64,000 nucleotides of DNA, taken from NCBI GenBank assembly GCA_052326585.1, contig JBKQLU010000066.1, positions 47,167 through 111,166 of the forward strand, written 5' to 3'. Positions 40,543 through 50,348 of this stretch are shown here, piece by piece. The notes under the pieces are model-generated. The model was not told where the DNA came from. It made no database searches and saw only the letters and a list, made by a program, of their open reading frames with translations. A program made the translations under genes and the position numbers. The DNA comes from Desulfobaccales bacterium. Its GTDB lineage: Bacteria > Desulfobacterota > Desulfobaccia > Desulfobaccales > 0-14-0-80-60-11. The number at the start of each line of letters is the position of its first letter. The stretch's first letter is position 1.

Positions 40543-41397
40543 TCAGAAAAAATCGGCTAAAAGCTCCTTTACCGGACGCTGGGGTTGCTGCCGTACCAGG
40601 GGACCGGCCCCGAGGACCGGATGGGCTTCCTCCAGCAAGGGGCGAGGCCGTTTGAAGATCACCCCGATGGGAATTCTCTCTCCCCACTCCCTGCCCTTCC
40701 GGAAGGCCCATATTTCGTTTTTCGGGTCGTAACCCGGCTCCTCCTCCACCCGGTAAACCCGGGCCTGGAACCATTGATAGGTGTTGATCCGGTTAAAGGT
40801 GACGCAGGGTTGCAGCACCTCCAATAGGGCGAAACCCGGGTGGCTGAGGGCCTCTTTGTAGAGGCCGGTCAGATGCTCCCCCATGCCGGCGAAGCCCCGG
40901 CCCACCCAAGAGCAGTCCTGGCTCACCGCCAGGGCCAGGGCGTGCAGAGGCGGGTAGGCCACCCCATCCGGCTGCAACAGGGTCTTGACGCCCTGGTCAC
41001 TGGTGGGGGAGGCCTGGCCCTTGGTCAGGGCGTAAACCTGGTTGTTGTGCACCACCAGGGTGAGATTGGGGTTGCGCCGCAGGGCGGCCAGCAAGTGGTT
41101 GCCTCCCTCGCCGTAGCAGTCACCGTCGCCAGCCTCGGCCACCACCATCATCTCGTGGTTGGCCAGCCGCGCCCCGGTGGCCAGGGGCAGGGTGCGGCCG
41201 TGGACGCCGTTGAAGGTGTTGCACTTGAGATAATGGGGAAATTTCCCCGACTGGCCGATCCCGGAAACCATGAGGAGGCCTTCCGGCCTGATCTCCAATT
41301 CCGCCAGGGCCTGCTTGAAGGCCTTGAGCATGGCGAAGTTGCCGCAGCCAGGGCACCAGGCCGCCGGGAGGCCTTGATAGAGCTCCAGGGGCAACAT
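40543..41397 (-). CDS. 2-oxoacid:ferredoxin oxidoreductase beta subunit
   Basis: WCPGCGNF, SGIGQS, HGRTLP, TPP motif GDGD..NN and QPCVTFN; TGATG overlap with alpha. Confidence 0.95.
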   Translation of the reverse strand: MLPLELYQGLPAAWCPGCGNFAMLKAFKQALAELEIRPEGLLMVSGIGQSGKFPHYLKCNTFNGVHGRTLPLATGARLANHEMMVVAEAGDGDCYGEGGNHLLAALRRNPNLTLVVHNNQVYALTKGQASPTSDQGVKTLLQPDGVAYPPLHALALAVSQDCSWVGRGFAGMGEHLTGLYKEALSHPGFALLEVLQPCVTFNRINTYQWFQARVYRVEEEPGYDPKNEIWAFRKGREWGERIPIGVIFKRPRPLLEEAHPVLGAGPLVRQQPQRPVKELLADFF

Positions 41398-43109
41398 CAG
41401 GCGTGGCCCTCCAGACCCCGGAGGATATATTCCGGGGTAAAGGGAGCGCCGTCGTACCTGAGGACCAGGTGATCGGCGGCGATCCCGGTCTCCTGACGCA
41501 GCAGGCGGCCAGCCTGGGCGGTGGCGTTCATCTCCACCATCACCAAACGCTTGGCGCCTTTTAAGGCCTTGGCCACCGCCGGCGCCGGGAAGGGCCACAG
41601 TTCGCTGAGGTGCACCGTGCGCGCCGGGGCGCCAGCCTCATTCAGCCGGGCCACCGCCTCCGTCACCGGCCCCAGACTGGAGCCCCAGCAGATCAGGACC
41701 AGGGGGGCCGTCGCCGGGCCGCTGGCGGAGATGCCATTGAGCTCGCGCCCCAGCTTTTGCAACTTGCGCAGGCGCTTGTCATGCATCTGCACCCGTACTC
41801 GCAGGTCTTCAGTGAGGTGGCCGTCCGGGGTGTGCTCGTCGGAGTCGGCCACCACCAGTTCCGGACCCAAACCGGGCAGGCGCCGGGGCGAAACGCCATC
41901 GGCGGTGATGGCATAGCGCGCGTAGGGCGCCGCCGCCGGACCCAGCTTCAGGGCCCGCTCAATCTCCACCTTCTCGGGAAAATCGCCGGCCTCCTGGGTG
42001 AAGTTGGCGTCAGCCAGGTATTGATCGGTGAGGAGAATTACCGGCAACTGGTAGCGCTCCGCCAGATTGAAGGCCCGGGCCGTCAGGGCGAAGGCCTGGG
42101 CCGGAGTGCCCGGGGCCAGCACCGCCCGGGGAAAATCCCCCTGCCCGGCAGAAAGGACGAAGCTCAGGTCACCCTGCTCGGTGCGGGTGGGCAACCCGGT
42201 ACTGGGGCCGGGGCGCTGGCCCTCCACGATGACCAGAGGCGTCTCGCTGCAGCCCGCCAGTCCAAGGGTCTCCACCATCAGGGAAAAACCGCCCCCGGAG
42301 GAGCCCGTCATGGCCCGGACCCCGGCGAATGAGGCCCCCAGGGCCAGGTTGATGGCGGCGATTTCGTCTTCCGCCTGCTCCACCACTACCCCCCAGCGGG
42401 CGGCCCTTTGCCCCACGGCGTTGAGGGCGCTGCTCCACGGGGTCATGGGGTAGCCGCTGATAAATTGCAGGCCCGCGGCCAGGGCTCCCAGGGCCAGGGC
42501 CTCATGGCCGCTGATAAGGAGGCGGGGCGCCGGCGGCGGGCTGATCCCCGCCAGAGAAAGGCCGCTGCCGCCCATGGCCGCCCCCAGCCTGTAACCGGCG
42601 GCCGCGGCCCGGTGGTTCCAACCCACCACCTCGGTGCCCTTGGCGGCAAACGCCTCCAGGAGCAGGCCCATCATGGGCTCCAGGGAGACCCGGAGCAGCC
42701 CCAGGATAGCGCCGCTGGCGCCGGCGTTGACGGCGATCTCCGCGGCCTGGCTTTCCGGCAGCAGGGCGGCTGGCTCCAGGGGGAGCTTAAGCCCCCGGGC
42801 GGGCAAGTCCCGGACCTGGGAGGCATCATAGATAATGATCCCGTCCGGGGCCAGTTCCTCCTGGTGGAGGTTGACGGTCTCCTGGTTCAGGGCCACCAGC
42901 AGGTCTACCCCTTCCCGGGAGGAGATCAGGGGCGCATCCGCCACCCGGATGCGATTGAAGAGATGGCCGCCGCGGATGCGGGACTCATAGGACTGCACGA
43001 ACAGTACCCAACAGCCCTGGCGCACCAGGGTCCTGGCCAGGGGGCTGGCGATGGCATGCACCCCCTGCCCTGCCGCCCCACCGATCAAGATATTGATATC
43101 AATGGCCAT
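41397..43109 (-). CDS. 2-oxoacid:ferredoxin oxidoreductase alpha(-gamma) subunit
   Basis: GGAAGQG, RIRGGH, GYPMTP, QAEDEIAA and QRPGPSTGLPTRTEQGD. Confidence 0.95.
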   Translation of the reverse strand: MAIDINILIGGAAGQGVHAIASPLARTLVRQGCWVLFVQSYESRIRGGHLFNRIRVADAPLISSREGVDLLVALNQETVNLHQEELAPDGIIIYDASQVRDLPARGLKLPLEPAALLPESQAAEIAVNAGASGAILGLLRVSLEPMMGLLLEAFAAKGTEVVGWNHRAAAAGYRLGAAMGGSGLSLAGISPPPAPRLLISGHEALALGALAAGLQFISGYPMTPWSSALNAVGQRAARWGVVVEQAEDEIAAINLALGASFAGVRAMTGSSGGGFSLMVETLGLAGCSETPLVIVEGQRPGPSTGLPTRTEQGDLSFVLSAGQGDFPRAVLAPGTPAQAFALTARAFNLAERYQLPVILLTDQYLADANFTQEAGDFPEKVEIERALKLGPAAAPYARYAITADGVSPRRLPGLGPELVVADSDEHTPDGHLTEDLRVRVQMHDKRLRKLQKLGRELNGISASGPATAPLVLICWGSSLGPVTEAVARLNEAGAPARTVHLSELWPFPAPAVAKALKGAKRLVMVEMNATAQAGRLLRQETGIAADHLVLRYDGAPFTPEYILRGLEGHA

Positions 43110-43141
43110 GCGCCCGCCTGGTCCCCACTGTGGCAGGTGAT

Positions 43142-43175
43142 TGTGAATAATTACTTAAAGAGGGGCCCCTGTCAA
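43142..43175 (-). promoter_or_regulatory. Putative sigma70 promoter of the OFOR operon, overlapped by a consensus DnaA box
   Basis: Minus strand TTGACA (43170-43175)-N16-TAATTA; TTATTCACA at 43142-43150. Confidence 0.45.
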
Positions 43176-43271
43176 TATCACTAAATTGCCTTGGCTTCAG
43201 GCCGGAAAGGAGTGCCGCTGGGAGTGCCACTGCCGCTCTCGGGCCAGACCCGGTGTCCGCCGCTGGCGGCA

Positions 43272-44453
43272 TCACTTCGGCTTATGTTCGGTAAAGGAGT
43301 GCCACAATTTATGCAGGAGCCCGTCCTCGTGGTTCTGGCCCTGGTTTCCCTGGGCCGCCTGGGCCTGGGCCGTCGCCGCCTCTTCCTGAGCCAGCTCTTC
43401 CAGCAGGTGCCGCTGCCGCGGCGTCAGGGTGTGGGGGACCTGCACCCGCACCTCCACCAGCAAGTCGCCCCGGCGGGAGCCTTTAGGATAGGGCACCCCC
43501 TCCCCCTTGAGACGGATGGTTTCACCGGGTTGGGTACCCGGAGGGACCACCAACTCCCGGCGGTCCTTGAGGGTGGGGATGGTGAAGCGGGTGCCCAGGG
43601 CCGCCTGGACAAAGGAGATGGGGGCTACCAGATGCAAGTCGTAGCCCTCCCGGCGGAAAATCTCGTGGGGCCGGACCGACAGGACGATGTAGAGGTCACC
43701 CGGCGGCCCGCCGTGCGCGCCGTCGTTGCCCTCCCCGGGCATCACCAGATGGGTGCCGCTGTCCATGCCCGGCGGGACCTTGACCTTGATCTTCTTCTTT
43801 TCCCGCAACCGCCCTTCCCCATTACAGTCGGGACAGGCTTCCGCGAAAAATTCCTTCATCCCCTGACAGCGAGGACAGGTGGTGGTGATCTGAAAGATGC
43901 CGTGGCTGCGGGAAACCACCCCGCGGCCGCCGCACTGGGGACAAGGGATGCGCCTGGTACCGGGTTTGGCCCCGGAACCACCGCAGGTCCGGCAGTTCAC
44001 TACCCGGGGAACCTCCACCGTCACTTCGCTGCCCAGGGTGGCGTCGAGGAAATCGAGGGTCAGATCGTAGCGCAGGTCGGTGCCGGCCTGGGGACGGGGA
44101 CCGCCGCCCATGCCGCCCATGCGCCCCATGCCGCCGAAGCCCCCCATGCCGAACATGTCTTCGAAGATGTCGCCGAAGGACTTGAAGATGTCGCCGAAAT
44201 CCCGGAAGCCGGTGAAGCCGGTGGACGAGACCCCTTCATGGCCGTAGAGATCGTAGAGGCGGCGCTTCTCCGGGTCGTGCAAGACCTCGTAGGCCTCAGC
44301 CGCCTCTTTGAACCGCTCTTCAGCCTCGTGGTTACCGGGATTGCGGTCCGGGTGGTTCTGAAGGGCTATCTGCCGGTAAGACTTCTTGATATCGTCGATG
44401 GAGGCGTTGCGCGCCACTGCCAAAATGGTGTAGTAATCTCGTTTGGTCGCCAT
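43272..44453 (-). CDS. dnaJ: Molecular chaperone DnaJ
   Basis: J domain HPD, G/F-rich region and four CxxCxGx(G) repeats. Confidence 0.96.
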   Translation of the reverse strand: MATKRDYYTILAVARNASIDDIKKSYRQIALQNHPDRNPGNHEAEERFKEAAEAYEVLHDPEKRRLYDLYGHEGVSSTGFTGFRDFGDIFKSFGDIFEDMFGMGGFGGMGRMGGMGGGPRPQAGTDLRYDLTLDFLDATLGSEVTVEVPRVVNCRTCGGSGAKPGTRRIPCPQCGGRGVVSRSHGIFQITTTCPRCQGMKEFFAEACPDCNGEGRLREKKKIKVKVPPGMDSGTHLVMPGEGNDGAHGGPPGDLYIVLSVRPHEIFRREGYDLHLVAPISFVQAALGTRFTIPTLKDRRELVVPPGTQPGETIRLKGEGVPYPKGSRRGDLLVEVRVQVPHTLTPRQRHLLEELAQEEAATAQAQAAQGNQGQNHEDGLLHKLWHSFTEHKPK

Positions 44454-44459
44454 ATTCTC

Positions 44460-44759
44460 TTATTTCAGTCGGGCTCGAACCGATTTTTTTTTGTCACCCA
44501 GAAAGACTTCTTTATCGCGGCGGTCGTCGATGGAGATGTGGGTCAAAACCCGCTTGACTCCTTGTTGAAAAGGAAGTTCGTGCAGGGCCTGGGCCACTCG
44601 CAGGAGCGTCTCCGGCTGGCCGTGCACCACAGTGCCCATGTCCGTGAGTTCGTGGGGAATCTTTTCATTTTCCAGGTATTTCACCACTCTGGCAATGTGG
44701 TCGCCCAAGCTGGTTTGGCCCAGTCCCAAAGGGACTACGCTGATCTCCATGATAGCCAT
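44460..44759 (-). CDS. MTH1187/thiamine-binding family protein
   Basis: MEISVVPLG..TSL, TDMGTVV and IDDRRDK..K..SV family pattern. Confidence 0.88.
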   Translation of the reverse strand: MAIMEISVVPLGLGQTSLGDHIARVVKYLENEKIPHELTDMGTVVHGQPETLLRVAQALHELPFQQGVKRVLTHISIDDRRDKEVFLGDKKKSVRARLK

Positions 44760-45011
44760 GTCCGACCTCCGGCAGGTGCGGCCGTCCTTCAGGAAGGCAG
44801 CCAGCGCCGCACCACGGCCTTGGGAAGATCCAGATCATGTAATTTTACCACAAAATCATCGGCTCCCCAAGGGGAAAGATCATGGAGAGGAAGGCCGCGG
44901 GAGTAGAGGACCACCCTGATGTCCTTCTGAGCAAAAGATAGGTAGGGCAAGCTCATCTGTCCAGTTGGCCACCGGGTTGGCGCCGTTTTTTTCTCCTGGA
45001 GATTGAGAGTC

Positions 45012-46346
45012 TTATTCCTCCCGGGGGTCGCGGCCACCCTGCGGTTCTTGCCCCCGTTGGCGGAAGCCCTGCCAGCGGGCCACCAGGTCCGGCTCCACAC
45101 CCTCCGGGCCAGCCTCATAGAACCGCACCCCGGCCAGCTCTTCCGGCAAGTATTCCTGGGGCACGAAGTGGCCGGGAAAATCGTGGGGATAGAGATAACC
45201 CTGGCCGTGGCCCAGAGACTTGCGGTCCCGATGGCTGTCTTGCAAGGGAGCGGGCACCCGGGTGGCGCCCTTGGCCTCCAGGGCTGCCCGGGCCTTAAAA
45301 TAGGCCTGCGTGGAGTTGCTTTTCGGGGCCAGGGCCAGATAGATGGTGGCCTGGGCCAGGTGGTACTGGGCTTCCGGCAGTCCCACCCAGGTGAGGGCTT
45401 GAGAGGCCGCGACCACCTGCACCAGGGCGTTGGGATCGGCCAGGCCGATGTCCTCCGAGGCCAGGATCAGCAGCCGGCGCATAATGAAGCGCTCATCTTC
45501 ACCCGCCTCCAACATACGGGCCAGCCAATAGAGGGCCGCGTCCACCTCGGAGCCCCGGACGCTCTTGATAAAGGCCGACACCGTGTCGTAGTGGGCCTCT
45601 CCCTGTCGGTCATAGACCAGGTCCCGCCGGGGCATGCATTCCCGGGCCGCCTCCAGGTCCACGCGGACGACGCCGTGCTCATCCACTGCGCTGCTCAGGG
45701 CCGCCAGTTCCAGGGCGTTCAGGGCCCTCCGGGCGTCGCCCCCGGCCATACGGGCAAAATGGAGCAGGGCCTCTTCGGTTACGGTCAACGCCATGGCCCC
45801 TAATCCCTGATCCCGGTCCGCCAGGGCCCGGTGCAGGAGGGCGAGAATATCCACCTCCTGGAGGGGCTCAAAGGTGAAGACCCGGGCCCGGGATAACAGC
45901 GGCCCGATGATCTCGAAATAAGGATTCTCCGTAGTGGCGCCGATGAGGGTGAGAAGCCCCTCCTCCACGTGGGGGAGCAGGGCGTCCTGCTGGGCCTTGT
46001 TGAAGCGGTGGATTTCGTCGATGAGCAGGATGGTGCGGCGGCCTTGCTCCTGCCAGCGGCGGGCCTCCTCCACCACCCGGCGCAGGTCCGCCACTCCGGC
46101 CATCACCGCGCTGAGGCTGGCGAACTGGGCGTCCAGGCTGCGGGCCATGACCAGAGCCAGGGTGGTCTTGCCGCTTCCCGGCGGACCCCAGAAAATCATG
46201 GAGGAGAAGAGGCGGCCGGCCTTCAGAGCCCGCCACAAAAGGCGCCCGGGGCCCACCAGATGCTGCTGGCCCACGAATTCCTCCAGAGTCCGGGGGCGCA
46301 GACGCACCGCCAGGGGCTTAGGCGGCGTGAATAAGGTGGCAGTCAT
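45012..46346 (-). CDS. rarA: Replication-associated recombination protein RarA/MgsA
   Basis: PLAVRLRP, GPPGSGKTT, DEIHRFNKAQQD, ATTENP and YLYPHD. Confidence 0.96.
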   Translation of the reverse strand: MTATLFTPPKPLAVRLRPRTLEEFVGQQHLVGPGRLLWRALKAGRLFSSMIFWGPPGSGKTTLALVMARSLDAQFASLSAVMAGVADLRRVVEEARRWQEQGRRTILLIDEIHRFNKAQQDALLPHVEEGLLTLIGATTENPYFEIIGPLLSRARVFTFEPLQEVDILALLHRALADRDQGLGAMALTVTEEALLHFARMAGGDARRALNALELAALSSAVDEHGVVRVDLEAARECMPRRDLVYDRQGEAHYDTVSAFIKSVRGSEVDAALYWLARMLEAGEDERFIMRRLLILASEDIGLADPNALVQVVAASQALTWVGLPEAQYHLAQATIYLALAPKSNSTQAYFKARAALEAKGATRVPAPLQDSHRDRKSLGHGQGYLYPHDFPGHFVPQEYLPEELAGVRFYEAGPEGVEPDLVARWQGFRQRGQEPQGGRDPREE

Positions 46347-46432
46347 GTCCGGGTCCGGTGATCAGTGGTTATGGTCATATTTCAGATTTTCCTTTCATAA
46401 AAAATGTCTTTCATCTTTAGGCTGTTAAGATT

Positions 46433-46535
46433 GTAAGGGCGGACCCAGGCATCCGCCCTGGTTGCGGGCGCACCGGGGCGCAGGCTTCCAGCCCGGGATT
46501 GGCTGCGCCCCTACAGGCGAAAGCCTGCGGCAACT
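46433..46535. repeat. Composite, degenerate REP-like cluster
   Basis: GTAAGGGCGGACCCAGGCATCCGCCCT, GGGGCGCAGGCTTCCAGCC and GCGCCCCTACAGGCGAAAGCCTGCGGCAAC. Confidence 0.6.
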
Positions 46536-46699
46536 ATTAGTGTATAACACCTCTTGACTGGACTGCCTTCCGGGCGCGGCTAGCCGGCGGCCACCAGGTT
46601 CCCTTATTCCCTGGGATTTCTCGCCCCTTCCCTTTAGATTAATTTTTGCTTATAATTAAACCAACTTCACCAAATTTTTGGCTCTAGAGAGGCCGCCCC

Positions 46700-46972
46700 A
46701 TGTTCGGCTATAATTTTTCCACCCTGCTCATCGTCCTGGTCATCGCCCTGCTGCTTTTCGGCCCCAAGCGTTTACCGGAGCTGGGAGAGAGTATCGGCAA
46801 GGCCATCCGGAGTTTTAAGACGGCCCATGATGACCCCAATTCGGTGGCTCCCAGGAACGAGATTCCCGGCGGGCCCGCGGCGCCCGGCGCCACCTGTCCC
46901 CAATGCCACAAGGATGTCCCGGGAGACTTCGCCTTCTGTCCCCATTGCGGCAACCGCATAACCAAGGTGTAA
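46700..46972 (+). CDS. tatA: TatA-family twin-arginine translocase subunit with C-terminal zinc ribbon
   Basis: TM-FGPKRLPELGESIGKAIRSFK hinge and amphipathic helix; tail CPQC-x10-CPHC. Confidence 0.9.
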   Translation: MFGYNFSTLLIVLVIALLLFGPKRLPELGESIGKAIRSFKTAHDDPNSVAPRNEIPGGPAAPGATCPQCHKDVPGDFAFCPHCGNRITKV

Positions 46973-46987
46973 TTTTCCGGTAGCGAA

Positions 46988-47341
46988 ATGGGAATTGATT
47001 TTGAAACGCTGATCATCCTTTTGGTGCTGGCCTTCATCCTCTTCGGACCCCAAAAACTGCCGGAATATGCCGCCAAACTGGGGTGCCTGATCGCCAAGCT
47101 GCGTGAGGCCAGCTCGGAGCTAAGCCGGCAGTGTCAGACCTCCTTTCCCGATCTCATACCGCCGCCGCCACCAACCGGCGTCAACCAGCCTGCTCCCTGG
47201 CAGCCGCCGCCGACCCCGCCAACCCTCGCCTGCCCCAAGTGCTCCCGGGAACTGGGGCCGGATTTCGCCTTTTGTCCCCATTGCGGCCACCACCTGAAGG
47301 AAGATGAGGAGGCGCCGCCGCCCCAGCCGCCGGCCTCCTGA
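46988..47341 (+). CDS. TatB/TatA-like subunit with Pro-rich linker and C-terminal zinc ribbon
   Basis: TM-FGPQKLPEYAAKLG..LR; tail CPKC-x10-CPHC. Confidence 0.82.
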   Translation: MGIDFETLIILLVLAFILFGPQKLPEYAAKLGCLIAKLREASSELSRQCQTSFPDLIPPPPPTGVNQPAPWQPPPTPPTLACPKCSRELGPDFAFCPHCGHHLKEDEEAPPPQPPAS

Positions 47342-47407
47342 CAAGGCGGCGCGCCCGGAAACAGGGCCGCTTCGACTTCCGGCGCCCCGGCTCAGCGGAG
47401 GTAATCC

Positions 47408-47917
47408 TTGATCATACCATTGGCCAATGGTGAAGTAGGGGCCGCCCTGAAGATCATCAATGAGGCGGCCAGGGCTTATCAAGGAATAATCCCCGCAGAT
47501 TGCTGGCAGGAGCCTTACATGTCCGAAGACGAACTGCAGGCGGAGATCGCCGCGGGGGTAGATTTTTGGACTTACCAGGCCTCCGGAGGCCTCCTGGGAG
47601 TCATGGGACGCCAGCCCCTCGCCGATGTTACCCTGATCCGTCATGCTTATGTGCTTCCTGCGGCGCAGCAACAGGGCATCGGGGCCCGGCTCTTGAGCCA
47701 CTTGCTTAAGGGCGGCAACGCCCCCGTCCTGGTGGGCACCTGGGCCGCGGCCTGGTGGGCCATCAGTTTCTATGAAAAATATGGTTTCAGGCAGGTAGCC
47801 CCGGATGAAAAGGACCGGCTGCTGCGGCGCTATTGGACTATCTCCCGCCGGCAAGTGGAAACCTCGGTGGTATTGGCGGATGGGAAGTGGTTCGCTTCTC
47901 AGTCGGCTTCAGCCTGA
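47408..47917 (+). CDS. GNAT family N-acetyltransferase
   Basis: HAYVLPAAQQQGIG and AISFYEKYGF; TTG start with GGAGG RBS. Confidence 0.88.
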   Translation: MIIPLANGEVGAALKIINEAARAYQGIIPADCWQEPYMSEDELQAEIAAGVDFWTYQASGGLLGVMGRQPLADVTLIRHAYVLPAAQQQGIGARLLSHLLKGGNAPVLVGTWAAAWWAISFYEKYGFRQVAPDEKDRLLRRYWTISRRQVETSVVLADGKWFASQSASA

Positions 47918-47949
47918 ACCTGCCGCGGCAGATTGGACCTAAAACCCCT

Positions 47950-48813
47950 TTAGGCCAGGTGGTATTCCCGGCGGCGCCAGGCCTTCAAGGCCGCAAGCAG
48001 CCGATAGTTGAGGCGCTCCTGGCCGGGCATGCCACCCAGGACGATCTCCGGCTTGTTATCCCCGTGGAAGTCGGAGCCCCCGCTGACCAACAGCCCCAGC
48101 TCCCGGGCCAGCCGCAGGTAGAGGGCTTCCTGCTCCGGGGTGTGCTCCGCATAGATGGCCTCGATGCCGGCCAGGCCCACGGCGGTTAATTCCTCCAGGG
48201 TATTTTTCAGCGCCCGGGCGGAGCCCAACCCCAGGGTAAAGGGGTGGGCCAGGACCGGGACTCCCTGGACCTCCCGAATCATGGCGATAGCCTCCTCCGG
48301 GGGGAAGCGGAACTTGGAGACGTAGGCCTTGCCCCGGTAGCTCAGGTAGAGGTCGAAGGCCTCCTGGATGGAGCTGACATAGCCGGCCTCCATCAGGGCC
48401 CGGGCGATGTGGGGCCGGCCCATCTGGCCCGCTCCGGAAATCCTGGCCACCTGCTCCAGGCTAATGGGGAACCCCAGGGCGTTCAGCTTGGCGATAATTT
48501 GGGGATTGCGTTCGGCCCGGGCTCTTTGCAGGACCGCCAAACGTTCGCCCAGATGGCCGTTGCCATATTCGATATCCAGACCCAGGATATGCATGGTGCC
48601 GCCGGGATAGCGGGCGCTGACCTCGATCCCGGGGATGACCTCCACCCCGTAGGCGGCCCCTGCGGCCACCGCTTCGGCCAGGCCGTCAATGGTGTCGTGG
48701 TCGGTGAGGGCCAGGGCCTTGAGGCCCCCTTCCCCGGCCAGGCGCACCACCTCCGCCGGCGCAAAGGTGCCGTCGGAGGCGTTGGAGTGGACGTGCAGGT
48801 CGATTAATTCCAT
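47950..48813 (-). CDS. PHP-domain metal-dependent phosphoesterase (YciV/TrpH-like)
   Basis: DLHVHS..SDG, LTDHDT, GRPHIA, LAHP and GGSDFHG. Confidence 0.92.
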   Translation of the reverse strand: MELIDLHVHSNASDGTFAPAEVVRLAGEGGLKALALTDHDTIDGLAEAVAAGAAYGVEVIPGIEVSARYPGGTMHILGLDIEYGNGHLGERLAVLQRARAERNPQIIAKLNALGFPISLEQVARISGAGQMGRPHIARALMEAGYVSSIQEAFDLYLSYRGKAYVSKFRFPPEEAIAMIREVQGVPVLAHPFTLGLGSARALKNTLEELTAVGLAGIEAIYAEHTPEQEALYLRLARELGLLVSGGSDFHGDNKPEIVLGGMPGQERLNYRLLAALKAWRRREYHLA

Positions 48814-48852
48814 TTCCAGTTTTCTAACCTAAACCTTGTGCTTCGGGCAAAT

Positions 48853-48885
48853 TCCCGTTCCCAGGCAGGAACTTTGGAAACGAGA
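48853..48885. repeat. CTCG-type REP-like palindrome beside the low-GC UDG gene
   Basis: Minus strand TCTCGTTTCCAAAGTTCCTGCCTGGGAACGGGA, an imperfect inverted repeat. Confidence 0.5.
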
Positions 48886-48912
48886 ATATATTAAAAAATT
48901 AATAACTGCTCG

Positions 48913-49584
48913 TCAGTTAGCGCCATGATGTGCCCTTGCTTGCTCCCAGACTGCGCGTAGACTGCGCCAGTCGGCACGCTGCTTAGAGTCTGGGCGCCCA
49001 TTTCGCGGATTTCTTGCTTGCGCGCTTGTATGAAACAAAGGAAACAAAATGCGAGCATACCAGGGAGTCGGAATTGCCGCTGCTTTCGCCATCATTCGAT
49101 ACCCATGTGGATATATCTCTTCCGTTGCGAGAAGTGCTTTAGTACCCATCGGGCAAACAATAATTGGGGCAAAATTATCGATTATTTGTCTGAGAATCTT
49201 AATGCAGTTAGTTCGCTGCCTTGGGGAGACAGGGAACTTGCCCGCCTTTTCCGCTGGTAAGCAAAGCACACTGTTGGTTATGAAGAGGTCACCAATGGAA
49301 AATCGCAATTCATTAGTGAATAGATCATGGAAAAACCTACCCGATGGGTCCGTGCGGGGATCGACCGTTAGATAGCCTTTGTTTGGATTGTAGGTATCAT
49401 CTCGGTTGGGCGCTTCGAGGATAAACAAGATGTCGAAGGATCGCGGTTCGTCCTTGGAAAAAATGGGAAAAGATCGCCGGTCTAAAAGTTCTTCGTTCCT
49501 GCACAGAATGCATGTGCTGTGGGTTTTAACGAACTCCCGCCACTTAGCTTGCATAAGGTCTTTCTCCAAGTTCTCACTCTCCAA
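48913..49584 (-). CDS. Uracil-DNA glycosylase-like family protein, low GC
   Basis: [19 protein letters not shown] and LFHTS motifs; sampled lines 37-50% GC versus about 65% in the flanks. Confidence 0.78.
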   Translation of the reverse strand: MESENLEKDLMQAKWREFVKTHSTCILCRNEELLDRRSFPIFSKDEPRSFDILFILEAPNRDDTYNPNKGYLTVDPRTDPSGRFFHDLFTNELRFSIGDLFITNSVLCLPAEKAGKFPVSPRQRTNCIKILRQIIDNFAPIIVCPMGTKALLATEEIYPHGYRMMAKAAAIPTPWYARILFPLFHTSAQARNPRNGRPDSKQRADWRSLRAVWEQARAHHGAN

Positions 49585-50290
49585 TCAGGGCGATCATTTC
49601 CCGGACCGCCCGCTCGATCCCCACCAGCACGGCCCGGGCGATGATGGCGTGGCCGATGGAGTATTCGGCGAATTCCTCCCGGCCCCGGAAGGGTTTAATG
49701 TTCCGGTAGTTGAGGCCGTGGCCGCACTTCACCTTCAGGCCGAGGCTGCGGGCGTGCCGGGCGGCGCTCAGCAATTCCTGGAAGAGCCGGGTAGCCTCGG
49801 CTCGAGTCGACGCCTCGGCGTAAGTGCCGGTGTGCAACTCGACCCATTCGGCCCCCACTTCCTTGGCGGCCTGGATCTGCGGTTCGACCGGGTCCACGAA
49901 CAGGCTGACCCGCAAGCCCGCCGCCTTTAAGGCCAGCAGATACTCCACCAATGCCGCCCGGTTGCCCGCCACTTCCAGGCCCCCCTCGGTGGTGAGCTCC
50001 TGGCGCTTTTCCGGCACCAGGGTCACCAGGTCCGGCTGCACCTCCCGGGCGACCGCCAGCATCTCCGGGATGGCGGCCATCTCCAGGTTGAGCCGGGTTT
50101 TGAGCGTCTTTCTGAGCAGCCGCAAGTCCCGGTCCTGGATATGGCGGCGGTCCTCCCGGAGGTGAACGATGATGCCGTCGGCCCCGGCCAGTTCCGCCAG
50201 GGCGGCGGCGGTCACCGGGTCGGGCTCATCGATGCGGCGGGCCTGCCGCAGGGTCGCCACATGATCCACGTTCACTTCCAATCGAGGCAC
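49574..50290 (-). CDS. pdxJ: Pyridoxine 5'-phosphate synthase
   Basis: [36 protein letters not shown] and GHGLNY. Confidence 0.97.
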   Translation of the reverse strand: MPRLEVNVDHVATLRQARRIDEPDPVTAAALAELAGADGIIVHLREDRRHIQDRDLRLLRKTLKTRLNLEMAAIPEMLAVAREVQPDLVTLVPEKRQELTTEGGLEVAGNRAALVEYLLALKAAGLRVSLFVDPVEPQIQAAKEVGAEWVELHTGTYAEASTRAEATRLFQELLSAARHARSLGLKVKCGHGLNYRNIKPFRGREEFAEYSIGHAIIARAVLVGIERAVREMIALIGE

Positions 50291-50348
50291 GCCATTCCTC
50301 CTGGAGGGTCAATTTTCGGGCCGGGAGAATTTCCCTGGCAACCGGCGG

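Noticed and set aside
43191-44906. Long antisense ORFs (571 aa here; also 2745-4085, 5508-6824, 34139-35413, 58828-60126 and others)
   Set aside because: Shadow ORFs opposite well-supported genes, expected with high-GC codon bias; no recognisable motifs.
44790-45010. Candidate ncRNA (6S or riboswitch) between rarA and the MTH1187 gene
   Set aside because: I could not identify a long hairpin or any family signature.
48895-48925. Integron attC site after the UDG-like gene (GCTAAC...GTTA)
   Set aside because: Much too short, no L boxes, no GTT core site at the gene's 5' end and no integrase; more likely a weak terminator hairpin.
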